Assembly (NCBI GenBank): GCA_016180525.1
Contig: JACPBB010000002.1
Location: forward strand, 48,824 to 112,823
DNA: 64,000 bases
Source: Parcubacteria group bacterium
Lineage (GTDB): Bacteria > Patescibacteriota > Minisyncoccia > Phycocordibacterales > UBA2135
Direction: 5' to 3'
The position numbers and the translations under genes are program-made. The notes under the pieces were generated by a model. It saw only the letters and a program-made list of their open reading frames with translations. It was not told the origin of the DNA and did not search any database. Positions 45,166-55,440 of the stretch are shown here, piece by piece (the first letter of the stretch is position 1; the number at the start of each line of letters is the position of its first letter).

Positions 45166-46845
45166 ATGGTTACATTTGACGAGAACAGGCAAAACAAACA
45201 ACTGGAGATACTGCGCCGCTCTGAAGAAGAGGACGTGGTAAAAATACTTTCTCAAAAATACGGAATTCCCTATCTTGACCTTGGAAGTATTCCTATAAAC
45301 ACGGACGCACTCCGCCTTATTCCCGAAGAAGAGTCGCGAGAAGCAGAGGCCGCCGGTTTTAAGCTTGTCGGCAAAAAAATTTTTGTGGCGGTTCTTTCTC
45401 CCAAAAAAGAGAGAACTCTCATGGCTTTAAAAGAACTTGAGCGCAAGGGATATGAGCCGCTCCTTAATCTTGTCTCAAGACAAGGCCTTGAGCGCGCTTG
45501 GGAGCGTTATAAAGAAATTTCTTTTGCCGAAGAGACGGAGGCGGGGGTTCTTGAAATTTCAAGTCAAAAACTCTCTTCGTTTGTTGAAGAGCTCGGGACA
45601 ATAGAGGACCTTAAAAAACTTATTACCGAAACGATGGGGTCATCCACAAAATATCATGTATCCCACATTCTTGAAATTCTAATTGCTGGCGGCATGGCAA
45701 CTGAAGCTTCCGATATTCACATTGAACCGGAGGAGACTTCCGCAAAATTGCGGCTACGGCTTGATGGAGTGCTTCAAGATTTAATGTTTATTGAAAGCAA
45801 AATATATACCCTCATCAACTCACGCATTAAATTGCTCTCGGGACTCAAGCTTAATGTTAAAGATGAGGCTCAGGACGGCAGATTTAGCATAAAAATTAAG
45901 GATAACGATATAGAAATCAGAACTTCAATAATTCCCGGCGCATATGGAGAGTCAATTGTAATGCGTCTGTTAAATCCTAAAAAACTTTCTGTTTCTTTTG
46001 AAAATCTTGGGATAGAGCCGCGGCTTCTTTCAATTATTGAGCGTGAGCTTGAGAAACCAAACGGAATGATATTAAATACCGGCCCGACGGGATCTGGAAA
46101 AACAACCGCGCTCTACGCTTTTTTAAAAAAAGTGCAAACTCCTGGAATAAAAATTATCACCATTGAGGATCCTGTTGAATATCATCTGCCGGGAATCACG
46201 CAAACCCAGGTTGACGAGGAGGGAGAGTATACATTCGCGCAAGGAGTCCGCTCCGTGCTCCGACAAGACCCTGATGTCATCATGATTGGAGAAATCAGGG
46301 ACAAAGATACCGCACGAACCGCGATTCACGCGGCTTTGACCGGACATTTGGTTCTCGCAACGCTTCACACAAACAACGCTGCCGGAACAATTCCGCGTCT
46401 TATTGATCTGGGAGTTAACAGTAAAGTTATTGGCTCCGCGCTTACGGCGACAATGGCGCAGAGACTCGTGAGAAAAATATGCCTTGAGTGCAAGAAAAAA
46501 CGGGCACCCACCGCCGCTGAAAAGAAAATTATTCAAACTATTATTTCCCGTATGCCCGATATATATAAGCAAGAAATGCCAAAAACATACTCACTGTGGG
46601 AGGGAGAGAAGTGTCTCAAGTGCCACAACACCGGCTATAAAGGAAGAATTGGTATTTTTGAAGCAATACTGATGGATGAACAGGTAGAGAAAGTAACAAC
46701 CCAAAATCCAAGCGAGCGTGAAATTACAAAAGCTGCCGAATCCCAAAATATACTGTCAATGCGGGAAGACGGACTGTTAAAAGTTATGCGGGGCATAACT
46801 TCTCTTTCTGAATTAGAACGAGTGGTTGGACTTGAAGGAGACTGA
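45166..46845 (+). CDS. pilB: type II/IV secretion system ATPase (PilB/GspE family)
   Basis: Walker A GPTGSGKTT. Asp/His boxes. C-terminal CxxC...CxxC zinc motif (CLECK...CLKCHNTG). Confidence 0.85.
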   Translation: MVTFDENRQNKQLEILRRSEEEDVVKILSQKYGIPYLDLGSIPINTDALRLIPEEESREAEAAGFKLVGKKIFVAVLSPKKERTLMALKELERKGYEPLLNLVSRQGLERAWERYKEISFAEETEAGVLEISSQKLSSFVEELGTIEDLKKLITETMGSSTKYHVSHILEILIAGGMATEASDIHIEPEETSAKLRLRLDGVLQDLMFIESKIYTLINSRIKLLSGLKLNVKDEAQDGRFSIKIKDNDIEIRTSIIPGAYGESIVMRLLNPKKLSVSFENLGIEPRLLSIIERELEKPNGMILNTGPTGSGKTTALYAFLKKVQTPGIKIITIEDPVEYHLPGITQTQVDEEGEYTFAQGVRSVLRQDPDVIMIGEIRDKDTARTAIHAALTGHLVLATLHTNNAAGTIPRLIDLGVNSKVIGSALTATMAQRLVRKICLECKKKRAPTAAEKKIIQTIISRMPDIYKQEMPKTYSLWEGEKCLKCHNTGYKGRIGIFEAILMDEQVEKVTTQNPSEREITKAAESQNILSMREDGLLKVMRGITSLSELERVVGLEGD

Positions 46846-46852
46846 GAAAAAC

Positions 46853-46881
46853 AAAAATCCGACACATGTCGGGTTTTTGTT
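46853..46881 (+). terminator. rho-independent terminator after pilB
   Basis: AAATCCGACACATGTCGGGTTT followed by TTTGTTT. Confidence 0.6.
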
Positions 46882-47245
46882 TGCTATACCGTTACACCTC
46901 AAATTTACATATTTTCAAGATTGCGGAGTATTAAAAAATAGAGAAAATGAATTCCAAAGATTCATATGTTTACATAGGTCGGTACGACACCTTTATTCTC
47001 TAAGCAATCCTTTTGAGTCAGAAAACAAAAAAGACAGGCAAATCGCTAAGGGGAACTCCAGCATACACACCGAAGCGGGCACCCAGAGTATCCTCGCAGA
47101 ATACCCTAAAGCCCGAAAGGCCCGATTGCCTAGAGAATAAAAGGTCCTACCGTGTTAAAGAGACTTTATAAGAGTCGCTTGATATAATGAGTATGCAAAT
47201 CAAAAAGCATTAACTACTAATACATGCTAGCATAAATAATAAAAA

Positions 47246-48262
47246 ATGTCAAGTACTCCAAAAAATAAAGATTCCGAACCAAAGTTCTTAGACAACACGC
47301 TTCGCCCGTCAAAATGGGACGAGTATATCGGGCAACGAGGAGTTAAAAATAATCTTCGCATTCTACTGGATGCTGCGGGCGGAAGAAAACAGCCACCCGA
47401 GCATCTCCTCTTCTACGGACCTCCGGGGCTCGGTAAAACAACGCTCGCGCATTTAATCGCGCAAGAAACACGTTCACAGATGAAAGTTACTTCCGGTCCC
47501 GCGATTGAAAAAATCGGAGACCTTGCCTCGCTCCTTACAAATTTATCTCCGGGAGATATTCTTTTTATAGATGAAATACACCGTTTGAGTAAAGTTATAG
47601 AAGAAGTGCTCTACCCCGCGATGGAGAACGGCTCGCTTGATATTATTATCGGCAAAGGCCCTTCGGCGCGCACGATACAACTTGAGCTTCCTCCATTTAC
47701 CCTTATCGCTGCGACGACACGCATAGCCCTTCTCTCTTCGCCTCTGCGAAGCCGTTTTTCGGGCGGAGTATTCCGACTTGAATTTTACAGCGAAGAAGAG
47801 ATCCAGCAAATATTAAAACGCTCCGCGGGGCTTCTTAAAACAAACATTAATGCTGATGCTCTTGCCGAAATCGCGCAAAGAAGCAGATACACTCCGAGAA
47901 CCGCAAATTATCTATTAAAACGATGTAGAGATTTTGGACAAGTAAATAAAAAAAGAGAGCTCACAAAAGAAATCGTAGAGGAGGCTCTTTCTCTTCTTGA
48001 AATTGACGCGCGAGGCCTTACCTCATCAGACCGAAAAATACTTGAGTCAATTATTATGAAATTTAACGGTGGACCCGTCGGAGTAAACACGCTCTCTGCT
48101 GCGACGTCAGAAGAGAGCGCCACCATTGAGGAGGTCTACGAGCCGTATCTCTTACAAATCGGCATGCTTGAGCGAACACCCCGCGGACGGATGGCGACAA
48201 AAGCCGCATATGAGCATTTGGGGCTTCCCCCGCCGCAAGACCCGCAAGAGAGGTTGTTATAA
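47246..48262 (+). CDS. ruvB: Holliday junction branch migration helicase RuvB
   Basis: LLFYGPPGLGKTTLA Walker A and an AAA+ RuvB architecture. Confidence 0.9.
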   Translation: MSSTPKNKDSEPKFLDNTLRPSKWDEYIGQRGVKNNLRILLDAAGGRKQPPEHLLFYGPPGLGKTTLAHLIAQETRSQMKVTSGPAIEKIGDLASLLTNLSPGDILFIDEIHRLSKVIEEVLYPAMENGSLDIIIGKGPSARTIQLELPPFTLIAATTRIALLSSPLRSRFSGGVFRLEFYSEEEIQQILKRSAGLLKTNINADALAEIAQRSRYTPRTANYLLKRCRDFGQVNKKRELTKEIVEEALSLLEIDARGLTSSDRKILESIIMKFNGGPVGVNTLSAATSEESATIEEVYEPYLLQIGMLERTPRGRMATKAAYEHLGLPPPQDPQERLL

Positions 48263-48472
48263 CGAGTGTAGTGAGTATATTTTCTTAACCGAGAGCACTC
48301 AACGTATTGAGTGCTTGGTGCTCAAAAAATGTGGTCGCTTCGCTCCCTATTTATTTGGCATGTCTGGTCATAACAAATGGAGTAAAATTAAACACCCTAG
48401 TATCACAGCGCGAAGCGCTGGCTACGGGGCGGGAAGTGGTAATACAGACTTATCAGAGTAAAATTACATACG

Positions 48473-49006
48473 ATGTCGGGACATAACAAATGGAGTAAAA
48501 TTAAACACAAAAAAGCGGCGGAAGATGCTAAAAAAAGCAAGGCATTTTCAAAGTTTACCCGCCTCATAACGCTTGAGGCAAAAAAAGCAGCCGGAAACAA
48601 AGACGCTCCCGGGCTGCGAACTATCATTGAGCGCGCACGAGCAATTAACATGCCTGCCGATAATATTGAGCGAGCAATTAAAAAAGGTTCTGATAAAGAA
48701 TCCGCAAATCTTGAGGAGGTAACATATGAAGCATACGGTCCGGGCGGAAGCGCGCTCATTGTAGAGGGACTCACTGATAACAAAAACAGGACTTTGGGAG
48801 AATTAAAAATATTATTCGCTGATTATGATACAACTCTTGCCGAGCGCGGAGCAGCACTCTGGGCGTTTGAAAAAACTCCCGACAAAAAGTGGCACCCAAA
48901 AACTACCATGTCTCTTTCAGATGAGAATAAGGAAAAATTAAAACAACTGATTGATATGTTGGAGGAAAACGATGATGTGCAAGCAGTATATACTAATGGC
49001 GGTTAG
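48473..49006 (+). CDS. yebC: YebC/PmpR family DNA-binding transcriptional regulator
   Basis: MSGHNKWSKIKHKKAA N-terminus is characteristic of YebC. Followed by ruvC, as in many bacteria. Confidence 0.85.
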   Translation: MSGHNKWSKIKHKKAAEDAKKSKAFSKFTRLITLEAKKAAGNKDAPGLRTIIERARAINMPADNIERAIKKGSDKESANLEEVTYEAYGPGGSALIVEGLTDNKNRTLGELKILFADYDTTLAERGAALWAFEKTPDKKWHPKTTMSLSDENKEKLKQLIDMLEENDDVQAVYTNGG

Positions 49007-49062
49007 CGTAGAGCGTTTAGCATGAAACACAAGGTTGTTTCCAAATTAAAACAATACATTGC

Positions 49063-49584
49063 ATGAATCGCGACACACGATACAAGTTACACGATATAAG
49101 AGTGCTTGCTATTGACCCAGGATTTGAGCGACTCGGTATCGCCGTCATCGAAAAAAAACAAAAAGGACGAGAGATTCTTCTCTTTTCTTCGTGTTTTAGA
49201 ACTTCCCCGAAATTGCCATTCCCAGAACGCCTAGAATCTGTGGGAAAAGAAATAGAAAAAATGATAAAAAAGTTTAAGCCGCGAGCGCTTGCGATTGAAA
49301 CACTTTTTTTTAACACGAACCAGAGAACAGCCATGCGAGTCGCAGAAGCGCGGGGCGCGATTATGTTTGTATCAAAAAAAATGGGACTTGAAATTTTTGA
49401 ATATTCACCTCTTCAGATTAAAATAGCCATTACCGGATATGGCCGCGCGACCAAAGAACAGATTACGTTGATGATTCCCCGCCTTATAGATATTAAAAAT
49501 AAAGGGGGAAAAACGGATGATGAATATGATGCCATCGCGGTAGGACTTACCCATTGCGCCTCCACGCTACCTGTGGACAAGTAA
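49063..49584 (+). CDS. ruvC: crossover junction endodeoxyribonuclease RuvC
   Basis: RVLAIDPGFERLGIAV and the catalytic acidic residues of the RuvC fold. Confidence 0.85.
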   Translation: MNRDTRYKLHDIRVLAIDPGFERLGIAVIEKKQKGREILLFSSCFRTSPKLPFPERLESVGKEIEKMIKKFKPRALAIETLFFNTNQRTAMRVAEARGAIMFVSKKMGLEIFEYSPLQIKIAITGYGRATKEQITLMIPRLIDIKNKGGKTDDEYDAIAVGLTHCASTLPVDK

Positions 49585-49698
49585 GTGTTCTTAACTATAG
49601 ACAAAAAAACGGGATTTGATACAACTATGGGGACTGCGTGTAACGCATTTAAAAAGGTCATTTAATTTATTATTAGTCATTAAATTCGTAGTATTATA

Positions 49699-49791
49699 AT
49701 GGACGACGAACTTAATGTTTTAGACGAAGAAGAAGCAGAAGACGACGCTCCGATTATGGATGATATGAGCGAAGAAGACGAAGAAGAATAA
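49699..49791 (+). CDS. putative 30-aa highly acidic peptide (MDDELNVLDEEEAEDDAPIMDDMSEEDEEE)
   Basis: ATG directly follows a TATTATAAT -10-like box. A terminator hairpin lies 10 nt after the stop. Not in the ORF track (<60 aa). Confidence 0.3.
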   Translation: MDDELNVLDEEEAEDDAPIMDDMSEEDEEE

Positions 49792-49798
49792 CAAACTA

Positions 49799-49830
49799 AA
49801 AATCATCCCGATTCCTCGGGATGATTTTTA
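49799..49830. terminator. bidirectional terminator (tyrS / acidic peptide)
   Basis: ATCATCCCG...CGGGATGAT stem followed by TTTTT. Confidence 0.6.
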
Positions 49831-49835
49831 GTTTG

Positions 49836-51077
49836 TTATTTTACTTTTATTTTTAAAAATTTTTTCTTTCCTATTTTTAAATTTATATCTGCGTTGATAC
49901 GATAACTGATACTGTCCAACTTAACGCCAGTTTCTGTATTCATAATCGCTCGCCCTTCAATAAGTCTTCTAAATTCAGACTTGGAAGAAACGATGTTTTT
50001 TGCCAATAAAATATTTTCAAGAGTGGCATCCCTAGCAACAGAAATCTCAGTGGCGTCGCTGGGAAATTCTTTTCTCTGAAATGTGCTGACAAAATGTTTT
50101 TCCGCTTCCTCCGCTTTTTTTGCTCCATGATATAGGGCAACAATTTCCTTCGCTAGCTTCATTTTAATGTCTCGAGGATTAATACCCGCCCTCAGTTCTT
50201 TTTTAATGTGCTCTATTTCAGAAAGAGACACGAGGGTGCAATCAATAAACACTTGAATAATGGTGCTGTCTGGAAGCGCCATAACTTTTCCATACATGTG
50301 AGCCGGAGTATCGCAGAGCGCCACATAGCCTCCCTCACTTTTACTCATAAGTTTTCTGCCAGTTTTTGGATTCTCAAGAAGAGTCGTCGCTATAATAAAT
50401 TTTTCTTTATTGTTATATTTCCTCTGAAGTATTCTGCCGGCAAGCATATTAAAAATCTGGTCAGAGCCTCCAATTTCAATGTCTACATCCATCGCAGTGC
50501 TGTCATACCCCTGCATCAACGGATAAAAAAATTCATGCATATATATCGGCCTCCCCTCTTTCATTCGTTTTTCAAACATATCTCGTTCAATCATGTGCTG
50601 CACCGTAAATGAGGACGCTAGTTTCAAAATCTGCTCAAATCTTAATTTCTTAAGCCACACGCTGTTTTGTAATATCTTTGCCGGATTTTTTTTGTCAGTA
50701 AACGAGAGAATGGGAGCAATTTGTTTTTTCCATGTTTTTAAATTCTTTTTTATCTCCTTCAGAGAGAGCGCAATACGCGCGGAATCTTTCCCCGATGGGT
50801 CTCCTATCATCGCGGTAAAATCGCCAAACAAGACAATTACCTCGTGCCCCAGTTTTCGCAATTTTTCAAGCAATATAAAATTTGTTGAATGCCCTAAATG
50901 TAATTCAGGCCCCGTCGCATCAGCCCCAATATAAATACGCAAACGCCTGCCAGAAAGTAGTTCTTTTTTAAGCACTTCCCGCGAAGGAAGAATTTGAAAA
51001 ACACTCCGCGAAAGGAGTTCGTCTATTGCTTTTTCCTCAGTAACAATAAAATTTTTTTTCTTTGCGGAGCGTATCAT
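49836..51077 (-). CDS. tyrS: tyrosyl-tRNA synthetase
   Basis: HIGH-type LHLGH motif and a KMSKS-type KLMSKSEGG motif. C-terminal S4-like domain. Confidence 0.85.
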   Translation of the reverse strand: MIRSAKKKNFIVTEEKAIDELLSRSVFQILPSREVLKKELLSGRRLRIYIGADATGPELHLGHSTNFILLEKLRKLGHEVIVLFGDFTAMIGDPSGKDSARIALSLKEIKKNLKTWKKQIAPILSFTDKKNPAKILQNSVWLKKLRFEQILKLASSFTVQHMIERDMFEKRMKEGRPIYMHEFFYPLMQGYDSTAMDVDIEIGGSDQIFNMLAGRILQRKYNNKEKFIIATTLLENPKTGRKLMSKSEGGYVALCDTPAHMYGKVMALPDSTIIQVFIDCTLVSLSEIEHIKKELRAGINPRDIKMKLAKEIVALYHGAKKAEEAEKHFVSTFQRKEFPSDATEISVARDATLENILLAKNIVSSKSEFRRLIEGRAIMNTETGVKLDSISYRINADINLKIGKKKFLKIKVK

Positions 51078-51149
51078 AATATATACAATAACATACAATA
51101 GAAAACTTTGACAAAACAAAAAAATCTATTTATGATACGATGAATATCG

Positions 51150-53702
51150 ATGGTAAAAAGGAAAAAACATCGTCTGCAAAATCTATTCCTGTTCTTCGTT
51201 GGACTGGGCTTTTTCGGCGCGGGCGGGATACTCCTCTGGGCCGCGGTGCTCCCCATTCCCGATTTAAATACATTTGAAGACCGTATTGTAGTTGAGTCAA
51301 CAAAAATATATGACAGAACAGGAGAGGTGCTTTTGTATGATTTTCACGAAAATGTACGGAGAACTGTCGTTCCTATTGAAGAAATATCACACAACCTCAA
51401 AAATGCCACAGTTGCGATTGAGGACGACACATTCTACGAGCATTACGGAGTGCGGCCGCTTGCGTTTCTCCGCGCAGTATTGGTAAATATACTCAACTTG
51501 GAATTCTCGCAGGGTGGTTCAACATTAACTCAACAAGTCGTAAAAAACTCAATTTTAACGGCACAAAAAAAGATTTCACGAAAACTAAAGGAGTGGGTTC
51601 TTTCGGTAAAATTAGACGCAACGCTCTCAAAAAATGAAATCCTTGGGCTTTATCTCAACGAAACTCCGTACGGAGGAAACGTCTACGGAGTAGAAGACGC
51701 GAGTAAATTATTTTTTGGAAAAAGCGCAAACGAAGTAACGCTCGCCGAAGCAGCCTACATTGCTTCTCTGCCACAGGCGCCAACATATTATTCGCCATAT
51801 GGAAACAACAGAGAAAAATTGGAAGAACGAAAAAATCTCGTACTCACCCGGATGCGAGAACTTGATTTTATAAGCGAAGAAGAATACAACTCAGCTCTTG
51901 CCGAAGTCGTTGAATTTAAACCGCGCGCCACATTTGGCATTCGTGCTCCACACTTCGTGTTCTTTGTTCAAGAATATCTTGAACAAAAATACGGAAGAGA
52001 GGCGGTGGAAAGAGGGGGGCTCCGCGTAACAACAACTCTTGACGCAGAATTGCAAGAAAAAGCAGAAAATCTTGTCACGCAATTCGCGGACGTCAACGCA
52101 AAAAATTACAACGCCCATAACGCTGGCCTTGTCGCAATTGACCCAAAAACTGGAGAGATTCTCGTCATGGTAGGGTCTCGTAATTATTTTGGGGAAAGTT
52201 TCCCTGAAGGATGCACTTCTGGAGTTAATTGCGCGTTTGACCCGCAAGTAAACGTTGCGGCTCTAAAACCGGGACGACAGCCTGGTTCTTCATTTAAACC
52301 GTTTGTATACGCAACTGCCCTCCAAAGAGGATATACCCCCGAAACAGTCGTATTTGACCTTGAAACACAATTTCATTCGGGTTGTGACAGTGAAGGAAAA
52401 CCAGTTGATCCAACTGTAAAAGAAGAAGAGTGTTACAAACCGATAAATTATGACGAAGTATTTCGCGGACCGGTAACATTTCGCAATGCCCTTGCGCAAT
52501 CAATTAACATTCCTGCTATAAAAGTTTTATACCTCGCGGGGCTAAGAGAGTCTTTGCAAACGGCAAAAAAGATGGGTATTTCTTCACTCGCAGATATTAA
52601 TCGGTACGGCCTTACGCTCGTGCTCGGAGGCGGAGAAGTGTCGCTCTTAGAAATGGCAAGCGCGTACGGAGTATTTGCAAATGAAGGGATAAAGAATCCT
52701 CCCACAGGGATACTTAAAGTTGAGGACAGAAATGGAAATATTTTAGAAACATTTTCTCCGAGGCCGGAGCGGGTGCTAGAGCAAAATATTGCTCTTCAAA
52801 TTTCAGACATTCTCTCCGATGAGGAGGCACGTTCTCCCGCCTTTGGTGAGCGTTCGTTCCTTTATATTCCGGGGCATGACGTGGCTGCAAAAACCGGAAC
52901 TACAAATGATTATAGAGATGCGTGGATTATTGGATACACACCAAGTATTTCCGTCGGCGCATGGGCCGGAAACAATGACAACAGCGAGATGGAAAAAAGG
53001 GTCGCAGGGTTTATCATAGCGCCACTCTGGAACGCGTTTATGAAAGAAGCCCTCGCGCAAACGCCACAAGAGCCATTTAAAAAACCTGAAAATACTTCAG
53101 AAAAAAATATAAAGCCGATTTTACGCGGAGTATGGCGCGGCAATGAATCATATTTTATTGATAAAATTTCCGGAAAATTAGCAACGGTATATACTCCGGA
53201 GGAAACAAAAGAAGAGCGCGTGATAACAAACGTGCATTCAATTTTGTATTGGGTTAAAAAAGAAGACCCGCGCGGTGAAATACCTTTAAGTCCACAAACT
53301 GATCCTCAATTTTCATTGTGGGAAATACCTGTACGCAAATGGGTTTTGGAAAATAATATTATAGAAGGAGGAGCTGAGTCAAAGCCAAAAGAATTTGATA
53401 CCGTACACAGGCCAGAACTTGCTCCTAAAATTAAAATATACGGCATAGACACCAGCGCAGAATATGACCCGACTCAAAAATTAACATTTACCGTGGTGGG
53501 GATTGGAAATTATCCGGCAACTCGTTCTGATTTATTTATAAATGGAGTATATTTGTCATCCACAAATAAAATTCCATTTATTTTTTCTTTTGTTCCAAAC
53601 GACATAACAAATATAAAAGAAGAAAACGAAATTCGAGCAATAGTTTACGATTCGGTCATGAACAGAAGTGAGAGTGCATTTACTTTAAAAATTCGCCCAT
53701 AG
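51150..53702 (+). CDS. penicillin-binding protein 1A (bifunctional transglycosylase/transpeptidase)
   Basis: N-terminal TM segment. GT51 motifs (EDDTFYEHYG, GGSTLTQQ). Transpeptidase SSFKPF (SxxK) motif. Confidence 0.9.
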   Translation: MVKRKKHRLQNLFLFFVGLGFFGAGGILLWAAVLPIPDLNTFEDRIVVESTKIYDRTGEVLLYDFHENVRRTVVPIEEISHNLKNATVAIEDDTFYEHYGVRPLAFLRAVLVNILNLEFSQGGSTLTQQVVKNSILTAQKKISRKLKEWVLSVKLDATLSKNEILGLYLNETPYGGNVYGVEDASKLFFGKSANEVTLAEAAYIASLPQAPTYYSPYGNNREKLEERKNLVLTRMRELDFISEEEYNSALAEVVEFKPRATFGIRAPHFVFFVQEYLEQKYGREAVERGGLRVTTTLDAELQEKAENLVTQFADVNAKNYNAHNAGLVAIDPKTGEILVMVGSRNYFGESFPEGCTSGVNCAFDPQVNVAALKPGRQPGSSFKPFVYATALQRGYTPETVVFDLETQFHSGCDSEGKPVDPTVKEEECYKPINYDEVFRGPVTFRNALAQSINIPAIKVLYLAGLRESLQTAKKMGISSLADINRYGLTLVLGGGEVSLLEMASAYGVFANEGIKNPPTGILKVEDRNGNILETFSPRPERVLEQNIALQISDILSDEEARSPAFGERSFLYIPGHDVAAKTGTTNDYRDAWIIGYTPSISVGAWAGNNDNSEMEKRVAGFIIAPLWNAFMKEALAQTPQEPFKKPENTSEKNIKPILRGVWRGNESYFIDKISGKLATVYTPEETKEERVITNVHSILYWVKKEDPRGEIPLSPQTDPQFSLWEIPVRKWVLENNIIEGGAESKPKEFDTVHRPELAPKIKIYGIDTSAEYDPTQKLTFTVVGIGNYPATRSDLFINGVYLSSTNKIPFIFSFVPNDITNIKEENEIRAIVYDSVMNRSESAFTLKIRP

Positions 53703-53708
53703 AATTAT

Positions 53709-53969
53709 TTATCGAATATCGGAAATTTGTTTTTTTTCAATTTGTTCACGCATTCTTTCTAGAAGAATCGGCTTTTTTATGTGCATCTCGCTTTTTATAG
53801 CAGGAGAAGCTGCAAGGTAAATGGTGTTATGTTCAACTCGTATGTCTTTCGGCTCTATGTCTATGTTTATTTCTTCTTTAACAATAGTTATAAAAATTTT
53901 TTTAAGAAAATCATCTGGAGGAGTTATGTGTTTATACTTTTCAAGATATGAGCCGATATTAAAATCCAT
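53709..53969 (-). CDS. small DUF721/DciA-like protein (tentative)
   Basis: 86-aa ORF immediately downstream of dnaN. The family call is weak. Confidence 0.35.
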   Translation of the reverse strand: MDFNIGSYLEKYKHITPPDDFLKKIFITIVKEEINIDIEPKDIRVEHNTIYLAASPAIKSEMHIKKPILLERMREQIEKKQISDIR

Positions 53970-54038
53970 ATGTTAAGTATTTCGTATCTCGTATTTAGTA
54001 TTAATAAAATTAAATAACTGTATACCAGATACTAAATA

Positions 54039-55136
54039 CTACTTATTGAGCGGCATCACGAGGTACATGAATGATTTGTCCCCCACTCCTCGTATGACAA
54101 GCGGGCGAGCTTCGCCGCTAAATTGAAAGACAACGCTGTCTTTTGGTATTGAAGCAAAACATTCAATCAAATATCTCTGATTAAAACTCAAAGAAAGTTT
54201 TTCTCCGGAAAGAGCTCCTTCTATATTCGCCACATGCTCTCCAACATCCGCATTTTGGGAATGAACTGTAAACTCTTTTCCTTTAGGATCAACTGAGAAA
54301 TCAACCTGATTTAATTTATCTGAAAATATATTGGATATTTTTAGGGCATTTATCATATCTTCTTTTAGTATCGTTGCTTCTGATTTAAATTCTTTGGGAA
54401 TAATCTGTTGATAATCCGGAAAGACGCCGTCAATAATGCGGGAAGTTATATACATATTTTCAGTCACAAAAGAAATTTGATTTTTATCAAAATGAACTTC
54501 AACATCTCCAGAAACTTCGTCAAGTATTCGTATTATTTCCAATATATTTTTTAACGGGATAAGCACCGGAGAAAATTGTTCTCCATGGGAAACAGATAAT
54601 TTTTTTTCAGCAAGACGAAACGAGTCGGTCGCGACTAGCGTAACTGTGTCAGAGTCTCCAAAAATATAAACGCTTGATATTTCAGGTTTTATATCGGATA
54701 GTGAGGCACTGTGAGAAACTGATTTAAGTCCCGAAACAAATTTATGCGAATCAATAATAAAAGGATTTTTATTTTTTATATGGGGTAATGTCGGAAAATC
54801 TTCATATGGGTAACTTTTAATAACCGTTGATATATTTTTTGTTGAAACTGAAAGATTATTATTTTTAAGCTTCAATGAAACCGTCTTGTCATGCATATTT
54901 GATAGCAGATTATTAAGTACTCCACCGGGAATTGCGGTTACCCCTTCTTCTTCTACTTTTGCAGGAACTATAATTTCAACTCCTAAATCAAGATTCGTTG
55001 CCCGTATACGCACCATTTGTCCTTTAGCGACAAAAAGTAAAGAACTCAAAATAGGCAATGTAAGATTTTTACCGGTTACTTTTTCTGCAATACTGACAGC
55101 ATTTTTTATTTTTTCTTTTACACATTCTATTCTCAT
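54039..55136 (-). CDS. dnaN: DNA polymerase III subunit beta (sliding clamp)
   Basis: Three-domain clamp length. Position next to dnaA. Confidence 0.9.
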   Translation of the reverse strand: MRIECVKEKIKNAVSIAEKVTGKNLTLPILSSLLFVAKGQMVRIRATNLDLGVEIIVPAKVEEEGVTAIPGGVLNNLLSNMHDKTVSLKLKNNNLSVSTKNISTVIKSYPYEDFPTLPHIKNKNPFIIDSHKFVSGLKSVSHSASLSDIKPEISSVYIFGDSDTVTLVATDSFRLAEKKLSVSHGEQFSPVLIPLKNILEIIRILDEVSGDVEVHFDKNQISFVTENMYITSRIIDGVFPDYQQIIPKEFKSEATILKEDMINALKISNIFSDKLNQVDFSVDPKGKEFTVHSQNADVGEHVANIEGALSGEKLSLSFNQRYLIECFASIPKDSVVFQFSGEARPLVIRGVGDKSFMYLVMPLNK

Positions 55137-55440
55137 AAATAATCTATTTTAAAAAACTATACACCACTGTTTATAAAATATAATGTTTTGATTATAAATA
55201 TATAATGATGATTATAGTGTTGTTGATATGTTTATAAAACTTATATTGTCTTTAAATTCAAAGGTTTATTTGAAACTATAATTTTTAACATCGTGTTGAA
55301 AATTAAAATGAAATGTTTACATTTTTTTTATATCGGTAATTACAGAAATTATATCCATATCATGCACATGTTTTAATTCGATATTTCCACTCACTGTTCA
55401 CATTTTTATATAAGATGTAAACAGTGTTATAAACAATTCT
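55137..55440. promoter_or_regulatory. AT-rich dnaA-dnaN intergenic region with DnaA-box-like motifs (candidate oriC part)
   Basis: About 300 bp of very AT-rich DNA between dnaN and dnaA, with TGTTATAAACA/CTATACACC-like boxes. Confidence 0.35.

Noticed and set aside
46882-47245. Hairpin-containing 360-bp region upstream of ruvB tested by eye for SRP RNA, tmRNA, RNase P and riboswitch motifs
   Set aside because: No conserved SRP (GGAAG...AGCAGC) or tmRNA tRNA-like end was found. It is probably just promoter/UTR. The 104-aa ORF 46826-47140 is low complexity and likely spurious.
53980-54040. Inverted GTATTTAGTAT...ATACTAAATAC sequence downstream of dnaN as a possible regulatory site
   Set aside because: It probably acts as a simple AT-rich terminator hairpin between two minus-strand genes. 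A similar GTATTTAGTAT repeat near 8440 suggests generic low-complexity sequence.
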